In this document: positions 51,347-61,828 of the stretch, piece by piece
Layout: every line of letters starts with the position of its first letter
How positions within the stretch are numbered: the stretch's first letter is position 1
Origin: Nitrosopumilus sp.
GTDB lineage: Archaea; Thermoproteota; Nitrososphaeria; Nitrososphaerales; Nitrosopumilaceae
Length of the DNA stretch: 64,000 bases
Assembly: GCA_965197525.1 (NCBI GenBank)
Contig: OZ240211.1
Span: 960,001-1,024,000 of the forward strand
Direction of reading: 5' to 3'
Program-made: the position numbers and the translations under genes
The notes under the pieces: generated by a model
The model's database searches: none
The model's input: the letters and a program-made list of their open reading frames with translations, nothing else
Told to the model about the DNA's origin: nothing

Positions 51347-52543
51347 TCACAAACTCAATCTATTCAGGTACAGCTGCGGATCCTTGAGCTCTCGTGTGCT
51401 GGGAGGCACATCTATCATTTTCTTAAAGGCATATTTGCCTAATTTTTCGTAGATTGTGCGTGTAAAGTCATTACCCATGCTCTTTCTTACTTGGTATGAC
51501 GAGAGATCAGTTCCCATAAACGTGGTAAGGTAGTTTTGAAAATCGATATCATCTTTTAGGATACGCTTGACTGCAAATTCTGCCATACCCTCCATAACGG
51601 TAAATGCTGCATGATGACGTTGTATAGGAGCAAGCCATCGCTTGTAAATATCCAACAATTCAGGAATTGATTCAGAAATTTTGGGATCCATCTCGACATG
51701 TGTAAATGTCATTACGTCAGGTCCAATCTGTTCGATTAAAAAGTGATCGGGATTCAAGAAAAAGAACAGGTTGGCCCTTTTTGCAAACGGAAAGTCGTCA
51801 GGAACTGTCTGCAACTGGCAATAGTCAGACAGATGGTTAACAACTGTGATATCAAGGGATAAGATTATCTTGGCTAATTCCTCGTTAATTTGGTTAACCT
51901 GCATGGCAGCATCCCGATTTATCTCTTGTAAATTTTGCTGGGTAGAATGAACTAATTCTTCAAGGACTGTCATCTTGATAGCTCCAAGATATCCTGAATT
52001 TACATTTGGAAATCGCGACTCAAATGGCGGACCTTGTTTATGCAAAATTATCTTCGGATATCGTGACAAAATGAATTTGTTCAAGCAGATTACTGGATCA
52101 AGATAGTCACCGTATGTAGTTGTGATTTTAGAGATATATTGAATGGCATATGTAGAGTATACCAGGTATTTAGCGGTGTCTTGCTGCATTAATTCTGCAA
52201 TCTTTTTTGAATGCTGTTTTGCAACAGCATTAAATAACTCGGCGACGAATTCAGTCGATTGTGAGTCGGCAAATACCTTTTTGCCCTTTAATCTCTTTAA
52301 TTCTTCAAGCTCTGGGAATTTTAGCTGTAGGTTATCAGGAACTTTAACTCCCAAAAACTCTTCAACCTTTGTTTTAGAATCAGGCAGTATATCATGGGCA
52401 ATATCTTCTAATTCTTTGAATTGTACGCTATCTGCAATGTCATCTTGTGCCTTGACTGCCAACTCTGCAATCTCGCTCTCCTCTGAAATTTCAACTGATA
52501 ATTGTCCAAATAACGCCTCTACAAACTCTTGAAATTCTCCCAA
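51347..52543 (-). CDS. Conserved hypothetical protein, zincin-like fold possible
   Basis: VLEELVHSTQ and VMEGMAEF resemble a degenerate HExxH...E zincin arrangement. Confidence 0.6.
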   Translation of the reverse strand: MGEFQEFVEALFGQLSVEISEESEIAELAVKAQDDIADSVQFKELEDIAHDILPDSKTKVEEFLGVKVPDNLQLKFPELEELKRLKGKKVFADSQSTEFVAELFNAVAKQHSKKIAELMQQDTAKYLVYSTYAIQYISKITTTYGDYLDPVICLNKFILSRYPKIILHKQGPPFESRFPNVNSGYLGAIKMTVLEELVHSTQQNLQEINRDAAMQVNQINEELAKIILSLDITVVNHLSDYCQLQTVPDDFPFAKRANLFFFLNPDHFLIEQIGPDVMTFTHVEMDPKISESIPELLDIYKRWLAPIQRHHAAFTVMEGMAEFAVKRILKDDIDFQNYLTTFMGTDLSSYQVRKSMGNDFTRTIYEKLGKYAFKKMIDVPPSTRELKDPQLYLNRLSL

Positions 52544-52638
52544 TTTGGATAAAATTTGAGGAATACTACATTTAAGATTATCTTGAATAGATGCAGCAAA
52601 GAAATTATTAGTTTGACGTTGACAAAAATTATCAGAAT

Positions 52639-53544
52639 ATGCTTGAATCTACTCTCGAATTTTTAAGATGTGTTAGATGTAGTAATTCAAGATTAGAGTT
52701 AGATGCATTCAAAGTGGAAAAAGAGATCAAAGAAGGAATTTTAGAATGCAGCAAATGTCATGCAATATATCCGGTTGTCGAAAAGATCCCAATTCTTTGG
52801 AATGAGCTGTCAGAGTATTTTGCATCTCGTAAGATTTTAGGTGGACAGTTATACCAACTAGTTCAAACAAGGGAGTTAAAACAACTCATAAAATCATCAT
52901 TGTTGAATACAGGACAAATAAAATATGAAGACGATAAAAAGATAGAAGAGAAAGAAGATAGAACCATAATTGAAAAACGATGGGCTACAATATATCAAAA
53001 CAACAAGTCATCCAAATTCTATTTTACAATAATGGACAATATCAAAAACATAAAGCGAAAAAATTTAGTTTTAGAGTATGGATGCTCGATTGGAATTACA
53101 GCTGCATCACTTGCCAAATCACATGACATGGTATTTGGTATCGATAGATCATTTACTGCGTTACAATATGCAAAAAAATTATACAAAAATAATCTAGATT
53201 ATGTCACAGCTGATCTACTATCTCCAGTATTTGGGAATTTACAGTTTGAACTTGTTCTTGCTTTGAATGTCCTAGATTTGGTAGAACCCAAAGAGCTACT
53301 AAATTGCATATCAAGACAAGTATCAAACGGATATGTCATATTGGCAGACCCTTACGATTTTGACAGAGGAGTAAACTCTGTAAAAAAATCAGTTGATGAG
53401 ACAACGCTACGTAAAAGTTTGACTGATTTGGGATTTAAGATATCAGCAGAAACACGGCACCCGTCCTTTATTCCCTGGAATTTAAAACTAAATCCACGCG
53501 CCACACTAAACTACAAAGTTGATCTTGTGATGGGAAAGAGATGA
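52639..53544 (+). CDS. Trm112-like zinc ribbon fused to a SAM-dependent methyltransferase
   Basis: LRCVRC...CSKCHAIYPV..IP; VLEYGCSIG. Confidence 0.8.
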   Translation: MLESTLEFLRCVRCSNSRLELDAFKVEKEIKEGILECSKCHAIYPVVEKIPILWNELSEYFASRKILGGQLYQLVQTRELKQLIKSSLLNTGQIKYEDDKKIEEKEDRTIIEKRWATIYQNNKSSKFYFTIMDNIKNIKRKNLVLEYGCSIGITAASLAKSHDMVFGIDRSFTALQYAKKLYKNNLDYVTADLLSPVFGNLQFELVLALNVLDLVEPKELLNCISRQVSNGYVILADPYDFDRGVNSVKKSVDETTLRKSLTDLGFKISAETRHPSFIPWNLKLNPRATLNYKVDLVMGKR

Positions 53545-53755
53545 AATTTTTGATTTTATAGAATGTTTTTTGAACTAGGCGACTCTTGTTTTGCCATACA
53601 ATGTAAGACCAATATACAAGACTGCCTAAAATTAATGAAGATGAGATGAGAATCTACAAAATCAACGTAATCTGACTGTCTAAATTATACTATCATGCCT
53701 AGAACTCGAAAAAAAATAGAATAACAAAGAAATACTGAAAAGAACTAGAATAGTT

Positions 53756-54067
53756 ATGGCAACAGCTGTGATCATAATACCTATCATTATTGTTACAATT
53801 GTAGGGTTGGCAGGATATCTCTTGTATCGATTGGTAATTTATGATTGGTCCTGCAAGAGAACAGTCAACCAATCGCTTCAGAGATACAATATCAAAGAGA
53901 CGCCATCACAGATAATCAAAAAATATTATGATAAAAAAGGGGAATCCATTTCGCCTAAAGAGATTCAAGACTTGGAAAAAAATTACAGACAGAAAGAGCC
54001 AGAACAATTTCTAGCAATGTATGATGCAATAATGGACAATAACCAAAAGAATAGAAAAGAAGATTAG
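53756..54067 (+). CDS. Hypothetical single-TM protein
   Basis: N-terminal TM helix and soluble tail. Confidence 0.65.
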   Translation: MATAVIIIPIIIVTIVGLAGYLLYRLVIYDWSCKRTVNQSLQRYNIKETPSQIIKKYYDKKGESISPKEIQDLEKNYRQKEPEQFLAMYDAIMDNNQKNRKED

Positions 54068-54237
54068 AGTTTTTTCTTGTAATTCAAGTGACAAAGCAAA
54101 TTAGAGATAACGCAGTTAGAAGGCATCTTATTCAAATAGAATTACACAATCACTGTTATAATAGGAAACTTGAGAATCAAAGTGCTATATCTAATTGATA
54201 CAAATAGATATACAATCATTTACAAAATTTTAAAAGT

Positions 54238-55113
54238 CTAAGGATTGACAGGTATTGAGATGAATGGCGTGCCACCCTCGCCTACAACTAGTGGTAATTC
54301 ACCATCCCAAGCTTGTGTCTTTAACCATTCCAGGTAATTTGGATTACTAGCTAATGCATCATTAATAATAGAAATTGCTTCTGCCTCACCCTTGGCTTCG
54401 GCAATGTTTGCGTTTGCTATACCGATTGCTTGGGCTTCGTGCTGTTTAGCTTCAACTTCGATTCTTCTCAAGTCATTTTCTGCTTTTAGGGCTTTTTGTT
54501 CGGCTTCTACTTTTGACTCAATGGCTTGAGAAAACAAAGGTGAAAACTCAAAATCAGTAATAGATATGACCTCAGTTACAATATTAAATTGAGACAGTCT
54601 CTCACTGATTGACGCTTCAATATCTGATTTAACTAGAGGTCTTTTGGTAATAAGTTCCTCAGCATTATAATTTGCAGTTACTTGTTTAACAGTCTCTTCT
54701 ATAGCTGGTTCAATTACTCTATTCTCATAATCAAGACCTAGATTCTTGTATAGTCTATGTACAGACTCTCGGTCAGGATAATAGTTGACTGTCACTGTAG
54801 TCTCCACTGTTTGAAGATCTTTTGATGCACTTCTAGCCTCACTTGCATACTTTAAGGTACGTACCTCGATATTGACTACCTCATCTTGGAATGGAACAAC
54901 AAAGTGTATTCCCTCAACTAATGGGGGTTGTGTAGTATCAACTGCGTTCCAGTGTAATAGTACGCCTCTGTGACCTGCATCTACTATCTTGACTGAAGAT
55001 GATGCCACGACTCCTACCAGAGCAAGAACGATTATACAAACTAGAACTATTTTTGCTGCGTTAAGATTAACTTTTGGGGACTGATACCTTGACAATTCTA
55101 CCATGTATAGCAT
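54238..55113 (-). CDS. SPFH/prohibitin (band 7) family protein
   Basis: IVDAGHRGV, SKDLQ and FSQAIESKVEAEQ motifs. Confidence 0.92.
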   Translation of the reverse strand: MLYMVELSRYQSPKVNLNAAKIVLVCIIVLALVGVVASSSVKIVDAGHRGVLLHWNAVDTTQPPLVEGIHFVVPFQDEVVNIEVRTLKYASEARSASKDLQTVETTVTVNYYPDRESVHRLYKNLGLDYENRVIEPAIEETVKQVTANYNAEELITKRPLVKSDIEASISERLSQFNIVTEVISITDFEFSPLFSQAIESKVEAEQKALKAENDLRRIEVEAKQHEAQAIGIANANIAEAKGEAEAISIINDALASNPNYLEWLKTQAWDGELPLVVGEGGTPFISIPVNP

Positions 55114-55199
55114 TTATCATTATATTAACCATACAGTAAGCGCGGTAGCAGAGCACACATGTCTCAACAAATTTATGCTATACAAGATATGAGGTTATA

Positions 55200-55691
55200 A
55201 TGGAACATGACTTTACATGGATTTATTTACTGATCTTTCTAGCGATTCCACTAGCAAGAATAATCCCCAGATTGTTAGCAAAAGCTGGAATTAGTAGTGG
55301 CTATATCGGTGGCAGAATGAGAGATAATATGAATACGAGCAGTGATTACAGAGATGCAGTACGTGCAGAGGAAGAAAAACAGTTCAAAGTAGAACGTAAT
55401 GATTATTCAAAGAAACAAGTACCAGAACCTAAACCTGCGACAAAATCCAAACCTACGATTGAGGATAAACCCCAAACAAAGAACAATCTTGTGTTAGGAG
55501 CCTTAAACAGAGGATCAAAAACATTTGCGAGCCTTCAAAAAAATACAGGATTGAATAGTGATGAGCTTGATTCAGTGTTGGGAGATTTAGAAAAGAAAGG
55601 CATGGTAAAAGTAGTAAAGAAACAAGGATTGTTTGGTACCAAGACTGAACTATACCCCACAGATAAAGGATTTCAAGCGTATTACTCCTAA
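55200..55691 (+). CDS. Hypothetical membrane-anchored protein with C-terminal winged helix
   Basis: N-terminal TM; LQKNTGLNSDELDSVLGDLEKKGMV...TDKG. Confidence 0.7.
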   Translation: MEHDFTWIYLLIFLAIPLARIIPRLLAKAGISSGYIGGRMRDNMNTSSDYRDAVRAEEEKQFKVERNDYSKKQVPEPKPATKSKPTIEDKPQTKNNLVLGALNRGSKTFASLQKNTGLNSDELDSVLGDLEKKGMVKVVKKQGLFGTKTELYPTDKGFQAYYS

Positions 55692-56302
55692 ATGTATGTA
55701 TTCAGATGCATGTCTAAAATTTTACAATCTTGGCAGATGAATCATATGCAGTTGGGCCAAAACGAGATTGGCTAGAACGTACAAATGACAGTATAACCAT
55801 AAAGATTTTGATTGCATCTACAAGCGACAACTTGGAGGATATATTCAAATGGATAAAATGCTAACAGCTGACATATCTGATGTTTAGGATATAAAAAAAA
55901 TATGCATAATTTAGATCTTGTGAATGCGTGTATGGCAAAACAAAACATTGTGAATTATTTACTGATATTATCAAAATATGCTTTGCAAAATCAAGATTTT
56001 ATTTTTATAATGGAATAAAAATCATCCAAGGTTTACAGTAGTTAGTCGGCACAGATGTAATCAAAAAATAAAAAAATATCCAAAGATAAATCGTATCGAT
56101 AGGATAAATGATCGATGCCGGTAACGCAGAAATATACAAATATGCGTCAGACAGTATCGTATAATTTATCAGACATAAAGCAATCAGTTACGGTATCATC
56201 GCTACAAATACAGTTACCTAACTAACGCAAAATCACGTATTGAAGTGACAGACAGATTCCAATCTGAAACGAGTACGGTAAATTAACAAGATGTTTAGTG
56301 TG

Positions 56303-56417
56303 TGCCGGGGGCGAGTTTCGAACTCGCGACCTCCAGATTATGAGTATTGCCTTTGTTGGAGAACCGTTAGAGATTACCAATTCAACTGGCACTCTAACCA
56401 GGCTGAGCTACCCCGGC
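56303..56417 (-). tRNA. tRNA-Met(CAT), elongator type, with a 40-nt non-canonical intron at position 30/31
   Basis: GCCGGGG acceptor stem; CCAG|intron 56346-56385|ACTCATAATCTGG; bulge-helix-bulge with central helix TGCC/GGCA. Confidence 0.92.
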
Positions 56418-56454
56418 ATAATCTTTGCATAAAAATTTGAGAAATTAAATGATT

Positions 56455-58308
56455 CTAATTGGATTTAAATGTCTGCCAGTCTACATCTTCATCCTTGACC
56501 CAAGTGAACTTTTTTTGCAACGCTGGAGTATACAGTTTCTCCCATTCTAAACCAACTTTGCTGGTCCAAGCCTTAAAAACACGAGGATCTATATAATTTC
56601 TCAATGAAGTCCCAATGTTATAGTCTTTTGTAGCCTTTGCTAGGTCAATCTGTGATTGTAATTTCTCGATTCTTGCATCATGTCTTGTTTTTTGATTGTT
56701 GATCTGGTCTTTGAGTGTCTTGATTCGCTTGGTTCTATTGGTTTTTTGTTTACGTGTCTTTGCTTTAGATGCCTTTTTCTTTTTTAGAAGAACTTCTGAG
56801 CGTTTCCAAGGCTTTTCACTCTTCAGAGTTTCAAGCCTCTCTCGTTTCTTTTCTAATGATTCGAAAAACGTCTTTGGAATAGTTCTTTTGTGATTACACA
56901 TCTTGGCAGCCTCCAAATTAGCTTGTTTGCCATGATAGATCTTTTTATTCTCTGTTTCGTCAGATATATCATCGTGTTCCAAGAGATATTCTTGAACTTT
57001 GTTTGTTGCAAGATAGGTTCTGAACACTTTAGCAGATAATCCCTTTATGATACTAGAATAGTATTGATTGACGTGTCGTGATCGAATCGAGTCAAAAATA
57101 TCATCATTTGGTTTCTTTTTTGCGATTATCTGTTTTAGATTCTCACGGAACTGTAGATCATCACCTGTAGCGGATATTGTCTCTTGCCATCTAATACTAT
57201 CTTTTCCCAGAAAATCAAATTTAATTGCATCATCAGTGATTTCGATATGTTCCTTTCTAAGAGTTGTAGCGCCTACAGTATCTGCCTCTTCAGGATCTTT
57301 TTCATCACCTACCCTCATTGCAGTTCTATAAATCAAGTAACAGGCTGTAGATATCTTGCGTTTTTTTGGATCTCTGCTTTTCATATCACTGATTATCTTC
57401 TTTTTGACTTTGTCAATGAGTTTTGCAAGGTTTACTGCTTTTTCGTATTTTTCCTTGTCCTTGTCTTGTTTTAATCCAGCAGTATCTGCAAGCCAGACAT
57501 ACTTTGTCTTACCAGTAAGAAAATCTTCCCAGCTTGCCAACCATGTAGCTTCATGGTTATGGACGATTTTGCCCCAGTCACCAGGTGGTCGGATAGCTTT
57601 TTTATCAAGATTAAGTATAACATCTTTTGGAGTAATTCGAGGTTTCCATCTACCACGAAGAGGGTGTTCTCCCCGTCCAATGAATATTCCAGGAGGTTCT
57701 GCCATATAGTTTCCCACTTCAACTGACTCACCGTCCACAGTGGCAAATCCATACTTTGCCTTGATTTTATCTTTTAGAGCCTTCTTCTTTGCAGCCTCTG
57801 ATCTCATTTTGACATCAAGATCGTCAACTGATTTGTATAAAGCATCTAAATCTGTTGATTGTTCTCTGCTCTTACCAGATTTTTCCATCTTTTTAATCTC
57901 TAGCTTTAATCGCTTTTTCTCATCCCGCATCTCTGCTCGTTTGAGTTTAGCCTGTTCTTTCTCTTTTTCCTTCTTCGCCTTTTCTTTGTCCACTATGGCA
58001 TAAACATCTGAAAAATCGATATCATCGTATGGTGTTTTTTTAAACGGGCTGCTGCCAAAAGTTTTGAGAAAATCCTTGGTGAAGTTTTTTTGAAATACTC
58101 TATCTTGTACGTACGGTGTGTCTTTCTTTTTTGCCCATTGATATGCCATCTCTTCCTGATTTGAAGTGAGTTTGGCAGTCTCACCTTTGATCTTGATGGT
58201 AAATCCACGAACATCATATTCTGGAGGAAAAATAATTCCTTTATGTTGCAGTGTCTTCCACTTTTTACTTTTTTTGACTTTGCGCTTCTTTTTTTTACTA
58301 GTTGACAT
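56455..58308 (-). CDS. DNA topoisomerase IB (eukaryote-like, thaumarchaeal)
   Basis: KWKTLQHKG, EPPGIFIGRGEHP, AMRVGDEK, GKDSI, AKVFRT and TSLRNYIDPR (catalytic Tyr) motifs. Confidence 0.96.
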   Translation of the reverse strand: MSTSKKKKRKVKKSKKWKTLQHKGIIFPPEYDVRGFTIKIKGETAKLTSNQEEMAYQWAKKKDTPYVQDRVFQKNFTKDFLKTFGSSPFKKTPYDDIDFSDVYAIVDKEKAKKEKEKEQAKLKRAEMRDEKKRLKLEIKKMEKSGKSREQSTDLDALYKSVDDLDVKMRSEAAKKKALKDKIKAKYGFATVDGESVEVGNYMAEPPGIFIGRGEHPLRGRWKPRITPKDVILNLDKKAIRPPGDWGKIVHNHEATWLASWEDFLTGKTKYVWLADTAGLKQDKDKEKYEKAVNLAKLIDKVKKKIISDMKSRDPKKRKISTACYLIYRTAMRVGDEKDPEEADTVGATTLRKEHIEITDDAIKFDFLGKDSIRWQETISATGDDLQFRENLKQIIAKKKPNDDIFDSIRSRHVNQYYSSIIKGLSAKVFRTYLATNKVQEYLLEHDDISDETENKKIYHGKQANLEAAKMCNHKRTIPKTFFESLEKKRERLETLKSEKPWKRSEVLLKKKKASKAKTRKQKTNRTKRIKTLKDQINNQKTRHDARIEKLQSQIDLAKATKDYNIGTSLRNYIDPRVFKAWTSKVGLEWEKLYTPALQKKFTWVKDEDVDWQTFKSN

Positions 58309-58365
58309 TGCAAACGTTGATGATTACACTAAAAAATATGTATATCAATTTAACTAAATATGGTA

Positions 58366-59208
58366 TTATTGAGGAAATAGTTCTTTACTCATGTATTTTT
58401 CAAATTCTATATCCGTTTTTGTGCTTTTTGCCTCTAAAAACATTGCAGCGTCTGTTCCAACAATGTATCGTGGTAAGATCTCATCATCATAAATTGCCTT
58501 TAAAACAGTATCTGCAACTTGAGAGGGAGGGGTTCCCATCTCTACCATCATTTTAAGCCCGGCAAGAATATTACTAGTCAGTGTCGTATATTTGGGATCC
58601 GTCTTGGAATCGGGTATCTTCATGGAGTTAAAAAAGTTCGTCTTGATGACGCCTGGTTCAATTATAACAATTTTGATACCAAACTGGCCCAACTCATACC
58701 GTAAACATTCACTCAATCCCTCTAACGCAAACTTGGAACTGATGTATGCAGATGACCCAGGCAGTCCCATCCTACCTGCAACAGAACTGATATTTACAAT
58801 AATGCCTGACTGTTGAGCCCTCATGATTGGAGATACTTTTTGAATAATGTTTACGATACTAAAAAAATTGGTCTCAAATTGTTCTTTGAACTCATCAAGA
58901 GTAACATCCTCTGTACATCCAAACTGTCCGTATCCAGCGTTATTTACTAGGACATCGATTTGTTCAGAGTCCGAGATAACTTGGTTAATAGCAGAATCAA
59001 CGGATTTGTCATCATTTACATCAAGACGTATCGCCGTAACTGACAAATTCTCTTTTTTAGCAGCATTTTCTAGCTCTCCTGCTTTTGTAGTGTCTCGCAT
59101 GCTAGCAAAGGTACGATAACCATCCCTTGCCAAGGCCAACGCAGTCTCTAATCCAATCCCGGATGAACTGCCTGTAACGAGTGCGACCTTCTTCCTCTTG
59201 TCATTCAT
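58366..59208 (-). CDS. Short-chain dehydrogenase/reductase
   Basis: TGSSSGIG, NNAGY and YISSK motifs. Confidence 0.93.
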   Translation of the reverse strand: MNDKRKKVALVTGSSSGIGLETALALARDGYRTFASMRDTTKAGELENAAKKENLSVTAIRLDVNDDKSVDSAINQVISDSEQIDVLVNNAGYGQFGCTEDVTLDEFKEQFETNFFSIVNIIQKVSPIMRAQQSGIIVNISSVAGRMGLPGSSAYISSKFALEGLSECLRYELGQFGIKIVIIEPGVIKTNFFNSMKIPDSKTDPKYTTLTSNILAGLKMMVEMGTPPSQVADTVLKAIYDDEILPRYIVGTDAAMFLEAKSTKTDIEFEKYMSKELFPQ

Positions 59209-59250
59209 GACTTTGTATGATTACAGGCATATTTATCCCATTTTATTTAT

Positions 59251-61764
59251 TCATACTAGGGTTTTCTCACCTTGGATGGGTTCAATCAGCTCAGTCTCCT
59301 CACCATTATTGATTCTTGTAAGAATCTCCAATGCCGAATGCTTGTGTAAAAATTCATTATTGTTGCCACAGCGATATGAAAATGTACATCTAGGGCATCC
59401 TGATTCATGCTTGCATGGGCATTCTTTTACAATGTACATGCTCCTCTCAAGGGCTTTCTCAAACCTATCATACAACGCCTTACTAGCACCACTTCCGCCT
59501 ATTGCCCCATCATATATGAAGATCAAGCCAGAAGTTCCCATGGATATTCCACCCAGATCTTGAGATACCCCGCCTGTTATCATATTACTGCCTTCAATAA
59601 CTACATGTTCAGTTGCATGATATCCACTTCCTTCAACATACGATTCGTTGTCAGATTTTGCAATAATATCCAAAGGTCTCGGAGCATGAAACACAATTCC
59701 TTTTGTGACAAAATCATATTCTAGTGGCACATCGAGTTGGTTTTTTTCTCCTTGGGCAACATCCTGACCTAACTCTATGTTGACATAGCCGTACACCGTT
59801 TTTTGAATATGTAGCTTGCAAAATGCAACATTGACCCCATACACTCGTCTCTGTTCAAAGATAGTTTCTATTGTAGGCCATTCATCAGTTAATGCCTTTG
59901 TATAGTAGGGGTGATCCCGAGGGATCTTCTTTAGTACAGCATAATTTTTTTTGGGATACTCAAACTCTGCGACCCGATAACGGGTACCTGCCAAAAAGTA
60001 TATTGCGTCTTTGTGCAATTCCTCTAATGCAATGGGCAATACTCGATCACCAATCTTTTTGGTCGCAAGACGAATGTCAATGGATTGACCAATTCCGCGT
60101 ATGCTGTAATTGTTTAGCAGCGGGTTTATCTTGGCAAAGTTCGGGATAATTCTATTTTTAGATACTAGCAGATTGTTGTTAGCTATGTGGGTTTGAATGG
60201 TGTCACGATGTTCCTGCAACTCGTGTTTAGATAATGGCCTGTCACAGGCCATTGCCAAGATTTGAAACTCTTCAACGAACGGATTTTGTGGATCAATGTA
60301 GGTCTTTTCAATATCCTCAAAGTAATCGTCAGGGTGATTCTTGTAATACTGGGATATGGGATCATTGCCTAATGCCAAAAAAGCGTATCCGCGCTGCCCT
60401 TTTCGTGCAGCCCTGCCTATTCTCTGAATTAGACGGTTCACGGGGATGGTAGACGAGATTACACAGTCAACATCGCCCACGTCAATACCTAACTCAAGCG
60501 TAGGAGTGCATGATACGGCAGATAGCATGTCATTTTTGAACTTGCGCTCTACACTGGTTCGATAATTTGCCATCAGACCAGCCCTATGAACCTCGATGTT
60601 GACCTTTTGTCGTTTAGCTTGAATTGCCAATAACTCGGAATTTAGATGAGAGTTGTTAAACACCATGGTCTTGTGATTTTTCAGAGTCATCTTTTTTGTC
60701 AATTCTACCATTAACTTTCGTTGGGTTCGAAGTGATGGAAACAACATTACAAAATCCGTGTTGCCTTTCCTTCCTGAACCGTGGATTGTAATCATATTCT
60801 CCTCCCCAAACAGCGTCTGACAAAATGATTTTGCATCATCTAACGTGGCAGAAGCTGCAACAAACTGTAACTTGTTGGTACAAATTCGTTTTAACCGTTT
60901 GACTATATAATGAACGTTTGAACCAAATATTCCAGAATATACATGAGCTTCATCAATGATCATAATTCGGATAGATGTTAAAATTGACGCAAATCTAGTT
61001 TGATGCCATAAATGATAGTGTAATGTATCAAAGTTTGTAATCAAGATACGTGGAGGATCATCAAGTACTCTGTTTTTATCATGCCGTGACGTATCACCAT
61101 CAAAAATATTTACATCTATTCCAAGGTTTTGCGTAAATTTTAGAATTTTCGGATATTGATCCCTTGATAATGCTTTTGTAGGATACACAAATACGGCAGA
61201 CACAACTCCAGGGTTGGATTCATTTTTTATTCTTTGGAGCGCTGGAATTAGAAATGCCTCAGTCTTCCCAGACGCAGTAGGGGATTCTATGACAACATTA
61301 TTCCCAAACATAATCTCATATATTGACTCTTCTTGAAATTTGTAGAACTGCTTGATGCCCAGCTCGTCAAGACGTTGCAATATGGCAGGCTCTAACCCCA
61401 GCTCGTCAACGTGGCAGCCCATTTCAGGCTCGGGATTCTTTAAGATTTTGTATTGTGAGATATAGTCTTTTTTGGATGATAGGATGTTTTGGATGATCTT
61501 ATTTGGTTTATTCTTGCCTATCATCTCTGCGATTTCTTCTGCACTTCTGATGATCCCTTCGTCTTGTAGGCTCTCTGAGAGCTTTTTAACAGTAACAAGT
61601 CCCTTGTCAAATCTTGTCAGAAATTCAAGAAATACCTCGTCTGGATTGCTTGAAAATTCCAATATATCTTCAATCCCACACGCATCGCACGAGACATGCA
61701 TTTTTTTGTTGAATGTTTTTTGAATATCTATTTTAGATCTGCATTTTGGACATCGAAACGCCAT
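59251..61764 (-). CDS. DEAH-box helicase with DUF1998 (Hrq1/MrfA-like) and N-terminal zinc ribbon
   Basis: PTASGKT, DEAH, TLELGIDVG and QRIGRAAR motifs; C-terminal CPC...GCPRC. Confidence 0.92.
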   Translation of the reverse strand: MAFRCPKCRSKIDIQKTFNKKMHVSCDACGIEDILEFSSNPDEVFLEFLTRFDKGLVTVKKLSESLQDEGIIRSAEEIAEMIGKNKPNKIIQNILSSKKDYISQYKILKNPEPEMGCHVDELGLEPAILQRLDELGIKQFYKFQEESIYEIMFGNNVVIESPTASGKTEAFLIPALQRIKNESNPGVVSAVFVYPTKALSRDQYPKILKFTQNLGIDVNIFDGDTSRHDKNRVLDDPPRILITNFDTLHYHLWHQTRFASILTSIRIMIIDEAHVYSGIFGSNVHYIVKRLKRICTNKLQFVAASATLDDAKSFCQTLFGEENMITIHGSGRKGNTDFVMLFPSLRTQRKLMVELTKKMTLKNHKTMVFNNSHLNSELLAIQAKRQKVNIEVHRAGLMANYRTSVERKFKNDMLSAVSCTPTLELGIDVGDVDCVISSTIPVNRLIQRIGRAARKGQRGYAFLALGNDPISQYYKNHPDDYFEDIEKTYIDPQNPFVEEFQILAMACDRPLSKHELQEHRDTIQTHIANNNLLVSKNRIIPNFAKINPLLNNYSIRGIGQSIDIRLATKKIGDRVLPIALEELHKDAIYFLAGTRYRVAEFEYPKKNYAVLKKIPRDHPYYTKALTDEWPTIETIFEQRRVYGVNVAFCKLHIQKTVYGYVNIELGQDVAQGEKNQLDVPLEYDFVTKGIVFHAPRPLDIIAKSDNESYVEGSGYHATEHVVIEGSNMITGGVSQDLGGISMGTSGLIFIYDGAIGGSGASKALYDRFEKALERSMYIVKECPCKHESGCPRCTFSYRCGNNNEFLHKHSALEILTRINNGEETELIEPIQGEKTLV

Positions 61765-61828
61765 TCTACTGTAAATGAGAATGGTTTGAGGATTTATTGT
61801 TTGAGATTTTTACCAATCAAGTAGAACT

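Noticed and set aside
56455-58308. Eukaryote-like topoisomerase IB as a horizontal transfer
   Set aside because: TopIB is an established hallmark of Thaumarchaeota.
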